Assembly: GCA_051294375.1 (NCBI GenBank)
Contig: CM119266.1
Span: 4,230,931 to 4,294,930 of the forward strand
DNA from: Paraspadella gotoi
Taxonomy: Eukaryota > Animalia > Chaetognatha
Direction of reading: 5' to 3'
Length of the DNA: 64,000 nucleotides
Under the pieces are notes generated by a model, which saw only the letters and a list, made by a program, of their open reading frames with translations, had not been told where the DNA came from and made no database searches. The first letter of the stretch is position 1. The number at the start of each line of letters is the position of its first letter. The position numbers and the translations under genes are program-made. Shown here piece by piece: positions 1 through 12,646 of this stretch.

Positions 1-149
1 GTTCTATTTTATTTAACTAAGCCCTGAGATTTATAACTATGACTATGTATTAAAAAAATCCAAAATAAACAAAATGCTGACAGATTTCCGAATATCATTT
101 AAGTAAACAAGTCCTTTTATTAGATTAAAAATTGCCGAGTCACGTGCAG

Positions 150-300
150 TTGGGAACGAGAGCGGGCAACGAGCGGGCAGACAGGCTCGCTGTCGATCGG
201 GCAGGCGAACAAGAGGGTCACTGGGCGGACTGGCGGGCGAACGAGCAGGCGAACGGGCGGCCGGACGAGCGGCTGGACGAACGGCCGGACGCGCAGGCGT
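150..300. repeat. Degenerate GC-rich simple repeat (GGGC/GGAC/AACG/GAGC 4-mer mosaic)
   Basis: Recurrent aacgagcgggc, gggcggac and ggacgaacgg units; the overlapping ORF is low-complexity. Confidence 0.5.
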
Positions 301-595
301 CGGGAAAGAGAGATGGAAGAAAAATCGATGCGAGATCTGGTTGTCGTTGGCGTCGAAAAAATTAGGACTGATTTTGACGAATTAGATATTAGGACTGAAT
401 TAGACGGTTATGAAATTACTCTTGAGTTTATTAGTGCTGTCTTCAGATTTTTCATTTTTTTGGCCAATTTATCAATGTCATCACTAAAGCGCGTGCCTTT
501 AAGTCTACGTCATCCCTAATCCTTAAATTTTCTTCTTCTTTTCTGTTTCCATTGCGAATCCGACCGCTTCCCTCTTTCCCTCCAGCGCGTCGATG

Positions 596-780
596 CCAGG
601 ACGGCACGTGATTCTAACCTCCCCGTCTCGGAAACCAATCAGAAAGCTCGTTCAACTGTCGCTAGCCAATCAGAGCGTTCCTGCCAGGACGGCACGTGAT
701 TCTAACCTCCCCCTCCTCGCCAGCCAATCAGAAGGCTCGGTCTTCCCAGTGTCAACCAATCGGAGCGAGTATCACGTGAC
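596..780. promoter_or_regulatory. Duplicated CACGTG E-box plus paired CCAAT (NF-Y) module
   Basis: CACGTG at 605, 693, 773; CCAAT at 635, 666, 724, 756 (pairs 31 and 32 bp apart); ccaggacggcacgtgattctaacctcccc repeated with an ~88-bp period. Confidence 0.65.
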
Positions 781-858
781 GGAGGCTTCCCGGTGAACTC
801 CTCATGCGAAATAGAGAGAAATAGAGAGAGAGAGTGGGAGAGAGAGGGAGTGTGTGCG

Positions 859-911
859 CAGCTGCGAGATGCTGCACCAGTGAGTCGCTTTTCGCGGGCG
901 ATACCCTGTTG

Positions 912-958
<47 letters not shown>

Positions 959-1228
959 TCTCTTCTTCTCTCTTCTCTTCTCTTCTCTTGTTGCATCTGA
1001 CAATAGATTTTTTCTGGGAGAAGGAAACATTTTTTCTTTTTCTGAATATAAATCTTCAAATTTTGCAATGAAAAATTAATCGCTTTTCTAATTTTTAAAA
1101 TCTCAACTTTATTAATAAACATTCGAGTTTTATACGTCTTCGTCAGGTGCCAATGCATCTGTTAGCCATCTCTCGCTGATGCACTCAGCCGTCATTGCAT
1201 CTGTAACCGTTCTTCGCTTCTGCACCTG
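859..1228. promoter_or_regulatory. Cluster of proneural-type E-boxes, candidate scratch enhancer
   Basis: CAGCTG 859, CATCTG 994/1156/1198, CAGGTG 1144, CACCTG 1223, about 3 kb upstream of the scratch core promoter. Confidence 0.4.
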
Positions 1229-1422
1229 AACGCCGTTTAACCTGACCCCTCGCGCCGTCTGTACGACCGCGGTGGGGCGGTGCCCCTTCGCCCCCGGGGG
1301 ATCACGGTCAGCCCGCACGGACCTGACTGAGGCAGAAGCCCGTCTGGCTGCGAGGGTCGGACCTGGCGGCGAAGCCCGAGGGGCAGGGATGACGAAAAGG
1401 CTTCAAGCCGTGATTATGAGAG

Positions 1423-1463
<41 letters not shown>

Positions 1464-1550
1464 GGGCCCTAATTATCTCGGCATCAATTATGAATTACAT
1501 CTAATTTTTGTTTCTGGGCGACGAATGAACTAATGAACTAATGAACTAAG

Positions 1551-1673
1551 GAACGATGAACGAACGATGAACGAACGATGAACGAACGATGAACGAACGA
1601 TGAGCGAACGATGAACGAACGATGAACGAACGATGAGCGAACGATGAACGAACGATGAACGAACGATGAACGA
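1551..1673. repeat. 11-bp tandem repeat (GAACGATGAAC)n
   Basis: About 11 near-perfect units seen directly. Confidence 0.9.
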
Positions 1674-2223
1674 ATGGCCAATTGATTATCTATTATTCAT
1701 TTATGCTTCTCAAATGAAATTAGTATAATTTTTTTTATGCAAGAGTATTTATTAAATTTTATTATTATTGTTTTGACTGAAATTGTAGTTATTCTTATTA
1801 TCACAAAACAATTTTATTCGTTTTGAGATATATATGCTTTCGGGTTGAAATTGGTAATGTTAATTTGTTATGGATCTTTATGTTAATATATATTTGCATT
1901 AAGTTTGTTATAAAGACTTTTTTCTATTGCAAAGAACAAACGGATAAATCCTTTTACTAAATCAATCGATGCCATTTGTATTTCTTTAAAAAAAGGAAAG
2001 GAAAGAAAAGAAAAATAAGCCCATTGCATCGAAAGACCCAATTTTCAGGAATAATTCGCACAAAAAGCAAAAAATCCCCTAACGTCTGTTCAAAGATTAA
2101 ACAAATGTTCCTCGGTTTATTTACCAAAGAATTTTGTTCCCTTTTTTTCTTTTTTTTTTTTCATAAAGAAAATTATGGCAGAAGTCACGTCGCGTAGGCG
2201 GACTTTCCAATGCCCTCCGCCCT

Positions 2224-2348
<125 letters not shown>

Positions 2349-2748
2349 AAGTCTCGAGCTAAGATCATGTTTTACCAATCTTTCATTCATCAGACACTGA
2401 TTCCGTAACGAATTTCTTTCTATTAACCTCGTTAAAAGATTCTCAATCTTACCGTTCTAAAAGATGAATCTTCCATCGATCGATCCGGATCGAGTCTCAC
2501 GAATCCTCTTCCTCTCTGCCCCTCGTTCCTCTTTTGTGCCATATGATCGGTTTAAANNNNNNNNNNNNNNNNNNNNNNNNNNNNNNNNNNNNNNNNNNNN
2601 NNNNNNNNNNNNNNNNNNNNNNNNNNNNNNNNNNNNNNNNNNNNNNNNNNNNNNNNNNNNNNNNNNNNNNNNNNNNNNNNNNNNNNNNNNNNNNNNNNNN
2701 NNNNNNNNNNNNNNNNNNNNNNNNNNNNNNNNNNNNNNNNNNNNNNNN

Positions 2749-2781
<33 letters not shown>

Positions 2782-2887
2782 CGCGTTGACACTGGCCACT
2801 GGCCACTGATCAACCATTTTTTTTCATTGAATAGCCCGAGACCCGGAGTGCCCCTCTGGGCGGTCCGAGAGTGGTGGCTTCGGCTTC

Positions 2888-3288
2888 TGTCTCTGACTTT
2901 GTCTCTGTCTCTGACTTTGTCTCTGTCTCTGACACTGTCTCTGACTTTGTCTCTGACTTTGACTCTGTCTCTGTCTCTGACACTGTCTCTGACTTTGTCT
3001 CTGACTTTGACTCTGTCTCTGACTTTGTCTCTGTCTCTGACTTTGACTCTGTCTCTGACTCTGTCGCTCACTTTGACTCAGTCACTGACTCTGTCTCTCA
3101 CTTTGACTCTGTCTCTGACACTGTCTCTGACTTTGACTCTGTCTCTGACTCTGTTTTTCACTTTGACTCTGTCTCTGACACTGTGTCTGACTTTGACTCT
3201 GTCTCTGACTCTGACTCTGTTTCTCACTTTGACTCTGTCTCTGACACTGTGTCTGACTTTGACTCTGTCTCTGACACTGTCTCTGACT
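2888..3288. repeat. 6-bp-based minisatellite (CTCTGT/CTCTGA/CTTTGA mosaic)
   Basis: Hexamer periodicity produces spurious LS/LT, SD/SV and RD/RV ORFs in several frames on both strands. Confidence 0.85.
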
Positions 3289-3327
3289 TCATTTGGCACC
3301 AGATTCTCTCTCTCTCTCTCTCCCCAT

Positions 3328-3545
3328 AAAAAAGTTCCCTCCGTCTTATGCTCATCAGTGGATCATAAACCCGCGCACGAGTTTTTTTTTTTTTTTGAAA
3401 CGAATTATTTTCATTTTTTCTTCCTTTACATCCATTTGTATCCATTTTTTCCCTTTTCTTCGGCCCCAGATGTCAACTTTTTCGTAGTCAACGAAACTGA
3501 GAAAAGAAAATAAAAAGAAAAGAAGAACAACAAGCAGAAAAAAAT

Positions 3546-3581
<36 letters not shown>

Positions 3582-3818
3582 GAGGACAGAAGGGGGCCAG
3601 ATGAGACGTCGTGGGGAAGGGGGGCGGGGGGGCGGAGATGGCAGGGCTGAAGGAGGAATGAGGAGGAGGAGGCGGAAGGGCCTTGATGTCGTCGAGTTTC
3701 CGAGCGAGAGAATGGAGAAAGAGAGAGAGAGAGAGATAAGAGAGAGAAACCAAGAGAGGGTCGACTTTTTCGAGGTCCACGATGTTTTAATCAGACGTAA
3801 CGGCGCGAACGAGAAGAG

Positions 3819-3889
<71 letters not shown>

Positions 3890-4114
3890 TTGTGTTATTT
3901 TTTTCTGCTTGTTTGTCTTCTTTTGTCTTTTTATTTTCTTTTCTCAGTTTCGGTTGACTAACGAAAAAAGTTGACCATCTTGGGGCCGAAGAAGGAAAAT
4001 GGAATACAAAATGGGATGTAAAGGAAGAAAAAATGAAAATAATTCGTTTCAAAAAAAAAAAAAAAACTCGTGCGGGGTTTGATCACTGATGAGCATAGAC
4101 GGAGGGAACTTTTT
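3328..4114. repeat. Inverted duplication (~225-bp arms plus CT/GA tracts) ending at a 25-N gap
   Basis: 3328-3552 is the reverse complement of ~3888-4114, and the differences are mostly 1-bp indels. Confidence 0.8.
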
Positions 4115-4185
4115 NNNNNNNNNNNNNNNNNNNNNNNNNCTGCTCAGCCTTTTATCCTCTTCCTCTTCCTCCTCCTCCTCCCGCA

Positions 4186-4221
4186 TATAAAAGGGAGTGA
4201 GGACCGGATCGAAACTCAGTT
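4186..4221 (+). promoter_or_regulatory. TATA box plus Initiator core promoter of scratch
   Basis: TATAAAA at 4186-4192 and TCAGTT Inr at 4216-4221, with A+1 32 bp after the TATA start; lies 370 bp upstream of the SNAG ATG. Confidence 0.7.
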
Positions 4222-4587
4222 TCGCGAAAAACGCGAAAATGAAGAACAAATCATTTTATTTTTTATTTTTAAGAAAAAAAAAACTATTTTAAAAACTTTG
4301 AAAAAACAATGTTAAACATGTGAAACCAAAGATTAACTGTTGACTATTTTAAAACAAAATAAGTCAAAAAACTTTTTCCTTCTGCCAACTATAATCTCTC
4401 AACCCTAATCTCTCAACCCTAATCTTCCATCGAAACATACCAGCCAACCTCTCTCTCTCTAACTCTTTCTCTCTCTATCAACTCCGTCTCTCTCCCTTTC
4501 TCTCTCTCTCTGTCTCTAGATGCGTCCCTCTCAACGCATTCCCCTCCATCATTCGTGACACCGAAAAAAAAAACATTAAAAAAAAAA

Positions 4588-5784
4588 ATGCCACGCGCGT
4601 TTTTGATCGGCGCCAAGACTAAAAAGTCGACGCCATCTTGGGGCCACAATCGTCACGACCGCCGATCGTCGCCGGATTTCGACTCCGCNNNNNNNNNNGC
4701 CGCCACGAGTTCCGCCGCCGTCGTCGCCGCCGTCGTTCGCCCGCTCGACGTCTTCGAACCTTCCTTCAAGGAGACCGACGGCGACGACGTCGGCAACGAC
4801 GACTCGGACGGTTTCGTCGACGCCTCGTCGACCTCGACGTCGTCGGGTTCGAGTCCCGGACGAGACACTTCGCCGACATCATGCGGGGCGACATCTTCGG
4901 GGGTTGACTCTCCCGGGGCTTCGCCCTCTCGCTCTCCATCTTCCTCGCCGACTCTGTCTCCATCTTCGTCGCCGGATCCGCCCCGATCTCCGGCGCCGGC
5001 TTCGTCATCGTCCGGCGCCCCAACGCTCAGCGCCGCCTATCATAACCTGACGCCTTTCGAGTTAGAGGGCGCTTCGATCCTCGCAAATTTGGCGCCACTC
5101 AATCGGAAGTTCAACGCCTTAAGAGAAGCAGCGGCCGAGCGGCGGCAGCAGCAACAGGAGAAGAATCAGCAGCAGCATCAGCAGCAACCAATCCTTTCCG
5201 CAAGTGCCACCGCCCGGACTGCCGAGTGCCCGGCGTCGTCGGCTTCTCTCCCGGCGTCGTCGGCTTCTCTCCCGGCGTCATCGGCGCCGTTTTCCGGCTC
5301 CGTCGCGTCTTCGTCTCTCTCGGCGTCAACTCATTCGCCAATCGAAAGTCAGAATCTCGTCCAAGGCCCCTTCAGTCTCAGGATTAACAATAGTGAGTTA
5401 ACGAGATGGTTTTTAATGGTTATGTTTAATGTTTAATGTTTATGTTTCTTTATTAACTATTTCTATTATTTTTTTATGAAATAGTTCTACTAAGAGTAAA
5501 AAAAAAAATTTTGGATGAGACTAGTTAGTACCTACCTTTAGCTAGATACCCATCTTCCCAGATTGTATTATTTTTTTCCCTTTTATTTTTTATATTCTTT
5601 TATTGTGAAATAACTTATAAAGTGATGCCTTCTTTTTCCACTATAATTAAAATTATTATACTGCATATTACTCCATATTAATATTATTATTATTAATATC
5701 ATAATTACCACCTTCCTTTTTATTTTCCTTCTTTTCTCTATTCCCTCCTCCTTCTATTTTCTTTCCTCTCTGCCTCCCTTTATT

Positions 5785-5816
<32 letters not shown>

Positions 5817-6338
5817 NNNNNNNNNNNNNNNNNNNNNNNNNNNNNNNNNNNNNNNNNNNNNNNNNNNNNNNNNNNNNNNNNNNNNNNNNNNNNNNNNNNN
5901 NNNNNNNNNNNNNNNNNNNNNNNNNNNNNNNNNNNNNNNNNNNNNNNNNNNNNNNNNNNNNNNNNNNNNNNNNNNNNNNNNNNNNNNNNNNNNNNNNNNN
6001 NNNNNNNNNNNNNNNNNNNNNNNNNNNNTTTTTTTTTCGTTGGAGTCTTAGTCATGCCCCATCGATTCGTGCTAGTGGCTTTTTCCCCTCGAGTCCCGTG
6101 CATCCAGTCATGACTCCTCCTCCTCCTCCTCCTCCTCCTCCCAATGTTCAACTGTTGCTTCGATGCCATTTCCGTTCCATCGCGTTCCACGACGACGACG
6201 NNNNNNNNNNNNNNNNNNNNNNNNNNNNNNNNNNNNNNNNNNNNNNNNNNNNNNNNNNNNNNNNNNNNNNNNNNNNNNNNNNNNNNNNNNNNNNNNNNNN
6301 NNNNNNNNNNNNNNNNNNNNGAGAGAGAGGAGAGAGAG

Positions 6339-6380
<42 letters not shown>

Positions 6381-6476
6381 AGCGCCTCGGTTCTTCCAGG
6401 CCCAGCGCGCACATAATCCGACCCAATTAGCATAATATAAGGGGGGACTGGTTGCGTTTTTTCGCGTGTGAAGGAA

Positions 6477-6514
<38 letters not shown>

Positions 6515-6552
6515 AGAAGAGGAGAGAGAGAGAGAGAGACGGGAGAGAGGAT

Positions 6553-6586
<34 letters not shown>

Positions 6587-8426
6587 ATTTCGATTTTTCT
6601 CGTTCGCGTGACGTAGATTCGAGTTCGTGTTGTTGTTGTATTTCTCCTTTTCACTTTTCCTTTTGATTCTCTTCAATTCCATTTTTCTCTCTTTTATTTT
6701 CATTATTCTTTTGATCAATAGTTAATTCTATTTCCAATTATACTTTGGTAAACGCGCTTCAATACTTTTCTTCGTTTTTTATACTTTATATATATTTACA
6801 TTAATGATTTAATTATTAGTCAACTAATCAATTAAACAATACTCATCTCTCGCCATTTTCTCAGGCGTTCTCAACATCGTGACGCCGAATCGCGAACCCG
6901 TCCATCTTCCGGCGCCGTATTCGACGCCGACCGTCGTCCGCCATGACGCCGTCCCTTGGCCGACGACGCCGGCTCATCCCGCGACGCCGGTGGCCGTGAT
7001 GACGCCGCTTGGCGCTCTCAGCGCCCTCCGTAGCGGCGTCATCGGCGTCCTACCTCATTCGGCGCCGGGAGACGTTAAGCCGCCGATGGATCCGTCTCTT
7101 CCGTCTACTCTAGCGGCGGCGCTACCGGCGTCATCCGCATCCGGCGTCGATGAAGTCAAGATGGACGCCGATGTCGGGATGAACGTCGTCGTCGGCGGCG
7201 TCGCGGCACCCGACGCCGCCGCAGCAGCAGCAGCAGTAGACGAAGTTAAGATCGAAGCCGAAGTTTTCGGTTTCAAGATCGAAATTAAAGACGAACCTGA
7301 ACTCAACGTCTCGGCTTCGTCGCCGCGAACGCCATCTGTCGCCGCCACCGCCCCTTCCACCCCGGCGGCTCTTCCGACACCTGTCTCGCATCTGCGGCAC
7401 CTGCTTCCAACGCCGTTGGCGACGTCGACGCCGAAAAGAGACGCCGCTATTCCATCGCATTTAGCGTCTCGATCGGCGATGGAACCTTTGAGATTGAGAT
7501 TCAATCAGGAAGGATCGAAGATAATTTACGGTCAAAGTAATGAAGAGAAAGAAAGTTATACTCCGCCTTCACCTCCCTCTTCCTCTTCCTCCTCCTCCTC
7601 CTCCTCCCCGTCATATTCTCCAAATTCTCATTCATCCCAAGAAAAGTCCTCTTCCTCTTCCTCTTCCTCATCCTCATCAAAAGACAGCGCCACCGTTCGT
7701 TACACTTACGAAGCTTTTCTCGTCGCTGACGGTCGATCGAAGAAGCGTCGACCGTCGCCTCGTGAAGACGACGACGAAGTAGTTGAAGCTTCGTCCTCTA
7801 AGAAGACTCGTTACTCTTGCGGCGAATGCGGCAAGAGTTACGCCACGTCGTCGAATCTCTCGCGTCACAAACAGACGCATAGAGATTTGGATTCGGAAGG
7901 AGCGAGAAAGTGTCCCTCTTGCGACAAGGTCTACGTCTCCATGCCAGCCTTGTCTATGCACATGCTCACTCACAATCTGAGCCACAAGTGCGAGATTTGC
8001 GGCAAAGCATTCTCCCGGCCCTGGTTGCTGCAAGGCCATCTCCGGTCGCACACGGGAGAGAAGCCCTACGGCTGCGCGCATTGCGGCAAAGCCTTCGCCG
8101 ATCGCAGCAACTTGCGTGCGCACATGCAAACGCACACGGGTCAAAAGTCTTTCGGATGCGAGAGTTGCGGCAAGCAGTTCGCGCTCAAGTCTTACCTCTG
8201 CAAGCATTACGAGTCGTCGGCGGGATGTTGGGCGGGGTCATCCTCGCCGCCGCCGTCGCCGCCGGAGTCCAGCGGGTCAGGTTCAATTGAGGGCGTAGCG
8301 GGGAGCGGGTCACGTAGCGGAGACGAGATGGTCCGAGAGCAAGTGTCTCCATCGTCGTCGTTGTCGTCGTCGTCGTCGAGGTCGTCGTGGGCAGAAGTTA
8401 TGCCTCTTCAAAAAATACAAACTTAA
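4588..8426 (+). CDS. scrt: Scratch (Snail superfamily) C2H2 zinc-finger transcriptional repressor, 2 exons
   Basis: Exon 1 is 4588-5392 and starts MPRAFLI (SNAG), donor A|GTGAGT phase 1. Exon 2 is 6865-8426, acceptor TTCTCAG|GC in matching phase. Scratch domain [16 protein letters not shown]; five fingers including [61 protein letters not shown] and [14 protein letters not shown] small N gap lies in exon 1. Confidence 0.95.
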
Positions 8427-8915
8427 AAAAAAACAAAAAAACAACAAAAAAGTAACGATTTCTTTGTATTTGTTGGTTGAGTTTTCGTTTTAAATTCCAA
8501 AATTGAAACTAAACGTTGCTTCCTATATCTTGACATTGTTCGATACATAAAATTATAAAATTAACACAACTTAATTAAAAACAAACAAAAAAATTCCGTC
8601 AGAAGTGCCGTCTATAACCGCAAGATCGAATGTCATTCGACGCATTTTATGTCTCGAATGATTTTCGAATGTTTTCTTTGCTTTCTGCTTTAACGGTGGT
8701 GATTTTTCTCATTTTCAAAACGTTTGTATAATTATTTCAATCCAACTCCAGACGTAGCGTTTATTTAAAAATAAAGTAATAAGTATTGTCGTAGTACTTC
8801 TTAAATAAGTATTCTCACGAATAAGATTTAAGTCCAAAACGCCGCTGCTTTTTCTTGCCATGTGAACATTTTGTGACATTTTCATTTTTCCGCCTTGGAT
8901 TTCGTGTAGCGTATT

Positions 8916-8999
<84 letters not shown>

Positions 9000-10082
9000 C
9001 TCTCTCCTCTCTCTCTCTCTCTCTCGTTTTCGACTCATGACTCGAAAACCTTTTGCCCCCAAATCTATGCAAAAAAGTCGCTATCGTTACAACCGATGGC
9101 GACTCATTTAATTTAAACGTCGTATCGTGTTAAATATTACATTAATTTAAAAACACAAAAATCACAGTCGCCCGCTAACACAAAAATCACCCCTTTGCCT
9201 CTTGTGCTCTCTGGTGGTCATAAATCCTTTATCCTTCCTTTCAAATTGTAATTCCGTCTTTTTTGTTATTTGTGTTTTCTAACGATTTTTTTAATGTTAA
9301 ATTTTAAAAACCCGAGCGATCGAAATACCAACGAAAATGGAGAGAAAATAAAGTTAGTTTAAATTCAAATTTAATATAAATTAAACAAAAACTTTCGTTG
9401 ATGTTTCTATTCGCTTATTTTTGCTTGGTCAATGTCTCATTGTATGTATTTATTTAAATTTTCCGTACATTGAAATGTTTAATAACGAACTAAATCTTTT
9501 TTTAAATTAATAATGGACCTGAATGCCGGGAACAATAGCAATACTTTCTACCTTCAGACCCTTTCCTAAAATCTTCGTGACTTCGAGGAAAAGCGGAGGG
9601 TTGAGTTCTGTTTCTTGGTTCAGTTTTTTTTTTGTTTCCTTTATTTTGCGACTCAAAAAAACAATGAGTCTCGGTAATGAGAGCTTTATCATGACAACTC
9701 TTGTAAATGTGGAAGGTAATGATCTCGTCCTTAGATGTACTTACCATTAATTACCGTAGGGTTAGTTGCCTTAATTTATTGCTTAATTATTTATTTTCTT
9801 GGAAACGGGGACTAAAAAATGGGGTTAATCCTAGACTCTTAAGAGAGTGGCCTCCCCCGATTTCAAGAAAGGTTTATTTATTGGTGATCGACTAGTTCTT
9901 GCAAATGCCACAGTTTTAACTACAAACGTCTTCCTCTAAAGCATTAATTATATTATTAATTTATTTATTTATTATATTTATTCGTTGAAAACTGGACTAA
10001 TAAGGGTCGTATGGACTCGTAAGAGAGTGCCCTTCCTGCGTTTCAACGAGACATTGTCCACCGGCGTTGGTTATCTCTCCTG

Positions 10083-10114
<32 letters not shown>

Positions 10115-11493
10115 CTCTCTTCCTTCTCCTTTCTCTCTCTCTCTCTCAGCCTCCGCTGGTGAATCTAGTCACATGATTCTTTCACAAAATATCTGATCTC
10201 AATATTTATCAAATTTTCTTGTTCAAACAAGAAACTTAAAAAACATTAAACTTTGAACATATCAAAGTTGACCTCTTCTTCGTGACGTTCGCCGTCAAAA
10301 AAAGGCGGCGTCGCTGTCCAGTTTTCCAATGATCTCAATTATACAAGGTACTTACTGTATTTGGCTGAAACGGCGACAAAGTTGCCAGCCAACTTCATTT
10401 GCTGTTTGTTCCTGTATTTATAATTCAACTTAAATTTTTTGTTTGACAAAAATACTGCCAAGGAAGTCCTTGATATTCTATTCAACCATGTTAATATTAG
10501 TGAGACTAATACCAACTAAAGATGAATGTTTGCTAACCTTGGTTAATAAAATAATAAAATAAAATAAAATAAAAATAAATGAAAATCAATGACGCAAACA
10601 TGTTATATATTTAACTGTAATATATTTATTATTTATTTTGGCTTTGGTTTTGTAGCTTACTTTGTGTTTAACTTATTTGAGTTTTTAATGTATCTACTGA
10701 TTCATTTGTGACACCTAACAACCTGGTTTTTGACATCTTCATTGTAAATGTTTAGTTGTTGCAATGTAAAAAAAAACTACCATTGTTTTATACCACTGTT
10801 CATTGCAAAGTTTCCCTCCCGCATAAGAGAGTATTACAATTTTTTTTAACAAGCATCTGAGATTTCATAACAATGTTAACAATATTAACAATAATAGCAA
10901 CGATAGTTACAAAATAAAACAAGTTATCTAGTTTCAAGTTTGAGCATTGAGCTCATTAGGTATGGGATCGATCTTTTTAAAAGATGAATTATGACTAAGT
11001 AGATCATTGACTATTTAGGTTTTCATTAGGTATGGAATCGATCTTTTTAATAGATGAATGACCAAATTGACCATTGACCATTTAGGTTTCTGGTCAAAAA
11101 CTCCGTTCGGTGTTTTTTTAAAAATGAAGCTTCATCGATGAGTGGCAGAGCAAATAAATCTTATCAATTTAAGAAAATCTAACTAAGTGAAACTAAGTAA
11201 AAATATTTATTGTGTCTGTCATTAATTAATTAATTATCTCAAAAGGTTTTGCGAAACAAAATCCGCCAAAACAAAAGTAAGAATAAATTTCCCAACGCCA
11301 GAGATTAATTGTGAATTTGTGATCGCAGTTATTTTCTTCTTAAATAAGATCACGAGAGAAGAAAGTTAAAGCGGCGCAACATCTTGGAAATCCCGTTCCA
11401 AGTTTTTAATCCCATGTTCATTTTTCCATATTATCATATTATTAATTACATATAACTAATATTATTAGTTTTGCAATTACCCCTCAACGCAAT

Positions 11494-12073
11494 TCAATTC
11501 TCCTTCTTTCCTCCTCCTTCGACTAATCTCTTCCTGTACAATGAAGACGTCATCGGCGGCCACCACACCGACGCCGTCCAACTCTCCGTCGACTCCAACG
11601 CCTCGTAGAATCCGGCGCCGATCAAAAGACGCCGGGCGCCGATTTGCGCGGCGCTCACTTCGACCGCCATCTTGGAAAAGTCGCGTCGTCGGGCGAAGGA
11701 TTCGGCGACGCGGAGAAGACGCCGGCCGAGACCGCGTCGACGGGACGAGGAGGAGACGGCGAATCGAGAAATTTCGGCCTTATGAGAAGGGGGGGGGGAG
11801 TGAGAGAGACAGAATGAGTCAAAGATTGGAGCGTTAAAATGACAGATTCGTTATATTAATAAAGTCTATTGTTCAATATCAATTATAGTACATGGAAATA
11901 ATCGAAATGCAATTTCTACAAAGGAGATGGTATAAAATAAATTACAATAAATGATGACTAATAAAGTAAAAAAAATAACTAAATAAAATAAACATGAAAT
12001 GAACTTATTAAACTTGAACCTCCTCCTCATCCTCCTCTTTGGCTCCGACGGCGACGCACCCGACGATCCTCTC

Positions 12074-12131
<58 letters not shown>

Positions 12132-12646
12132 CCCACGACCGCCACCCAAAACCGCCCCCTCCTTTTCCGATTTCTCAAATGAGCGGACATCAACATCACG
12201 TCCATCAGGCGATTCAAGTTCCGCCGCAGCACAAAGTCTATCAGGCACTGGATCCACACCACCGCCGCGTAGAGCAGCGTCAGAGCAGCGCCCGTCCGCC
12301 AGGAGGAGGAGTATTGAGAAGAGAGGAGGAAGATAAGTAAGAGAAGAAGCGGCGCCGCTGGGGACACGCCCACCACGCCGTGATAGAAAAGCGGCGCTGC
12401 CCACGCGGAGAAAGAGAAGGCGTCGTCGACGAAGAGAGAGCGAATGGCATTGCCGTCCGATTCCATCGCCGGGCGAATGGCGATGCCATCGGCGGCGTCG
12501 TATTCGTCGTTGTCATCTTCGGCGTCGTCGTCGTCATCGTCCTCGGCGTCACCGTTGTAGGCTTCGGTGTCGTCGTCGTCGTCGTCGTCGTCGCTGTTGT
12601 CTTCGTCGTTAAACCGACATTGTTTCGTTAGGATATTTTTTTCCAT
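11494..12646 (-). CDS. NAT8/Camello-like GNAT N-acetyltransferase with a hydrophobic membrane insert, 2 exons
   Basis: Exon 1 runs from 12646 to 12020 or 12014: IRPAMESDGNAIRSLF, hydrophobic segment, RFWVAV...IVGCVAV. Exon 2 (11778-11494, not in the ORF track) translates AEISRFAVSSSSRRRGLGRRLLRVAESFARRRDFSKMAVEVSAAQIGARRLLIGAGF, the acetyl-CoA motif A (RxxGxG); phase-0 intron. Confidence 0.85.

Noticed and set aside
2457-3513. RD/RV- or LT/LS-repeat proteins
   Set aside because: A hexamer minisatellite is open in many frames, crosses an N gap and has no splice or start context.
3328-4114. Inverted repeat as a regulatory cruciform or MITE at the scratch promoter
   Set aside because: Indel-dominated differences and an end at a 25-N gap suggest an assembly artefact; no TSD.
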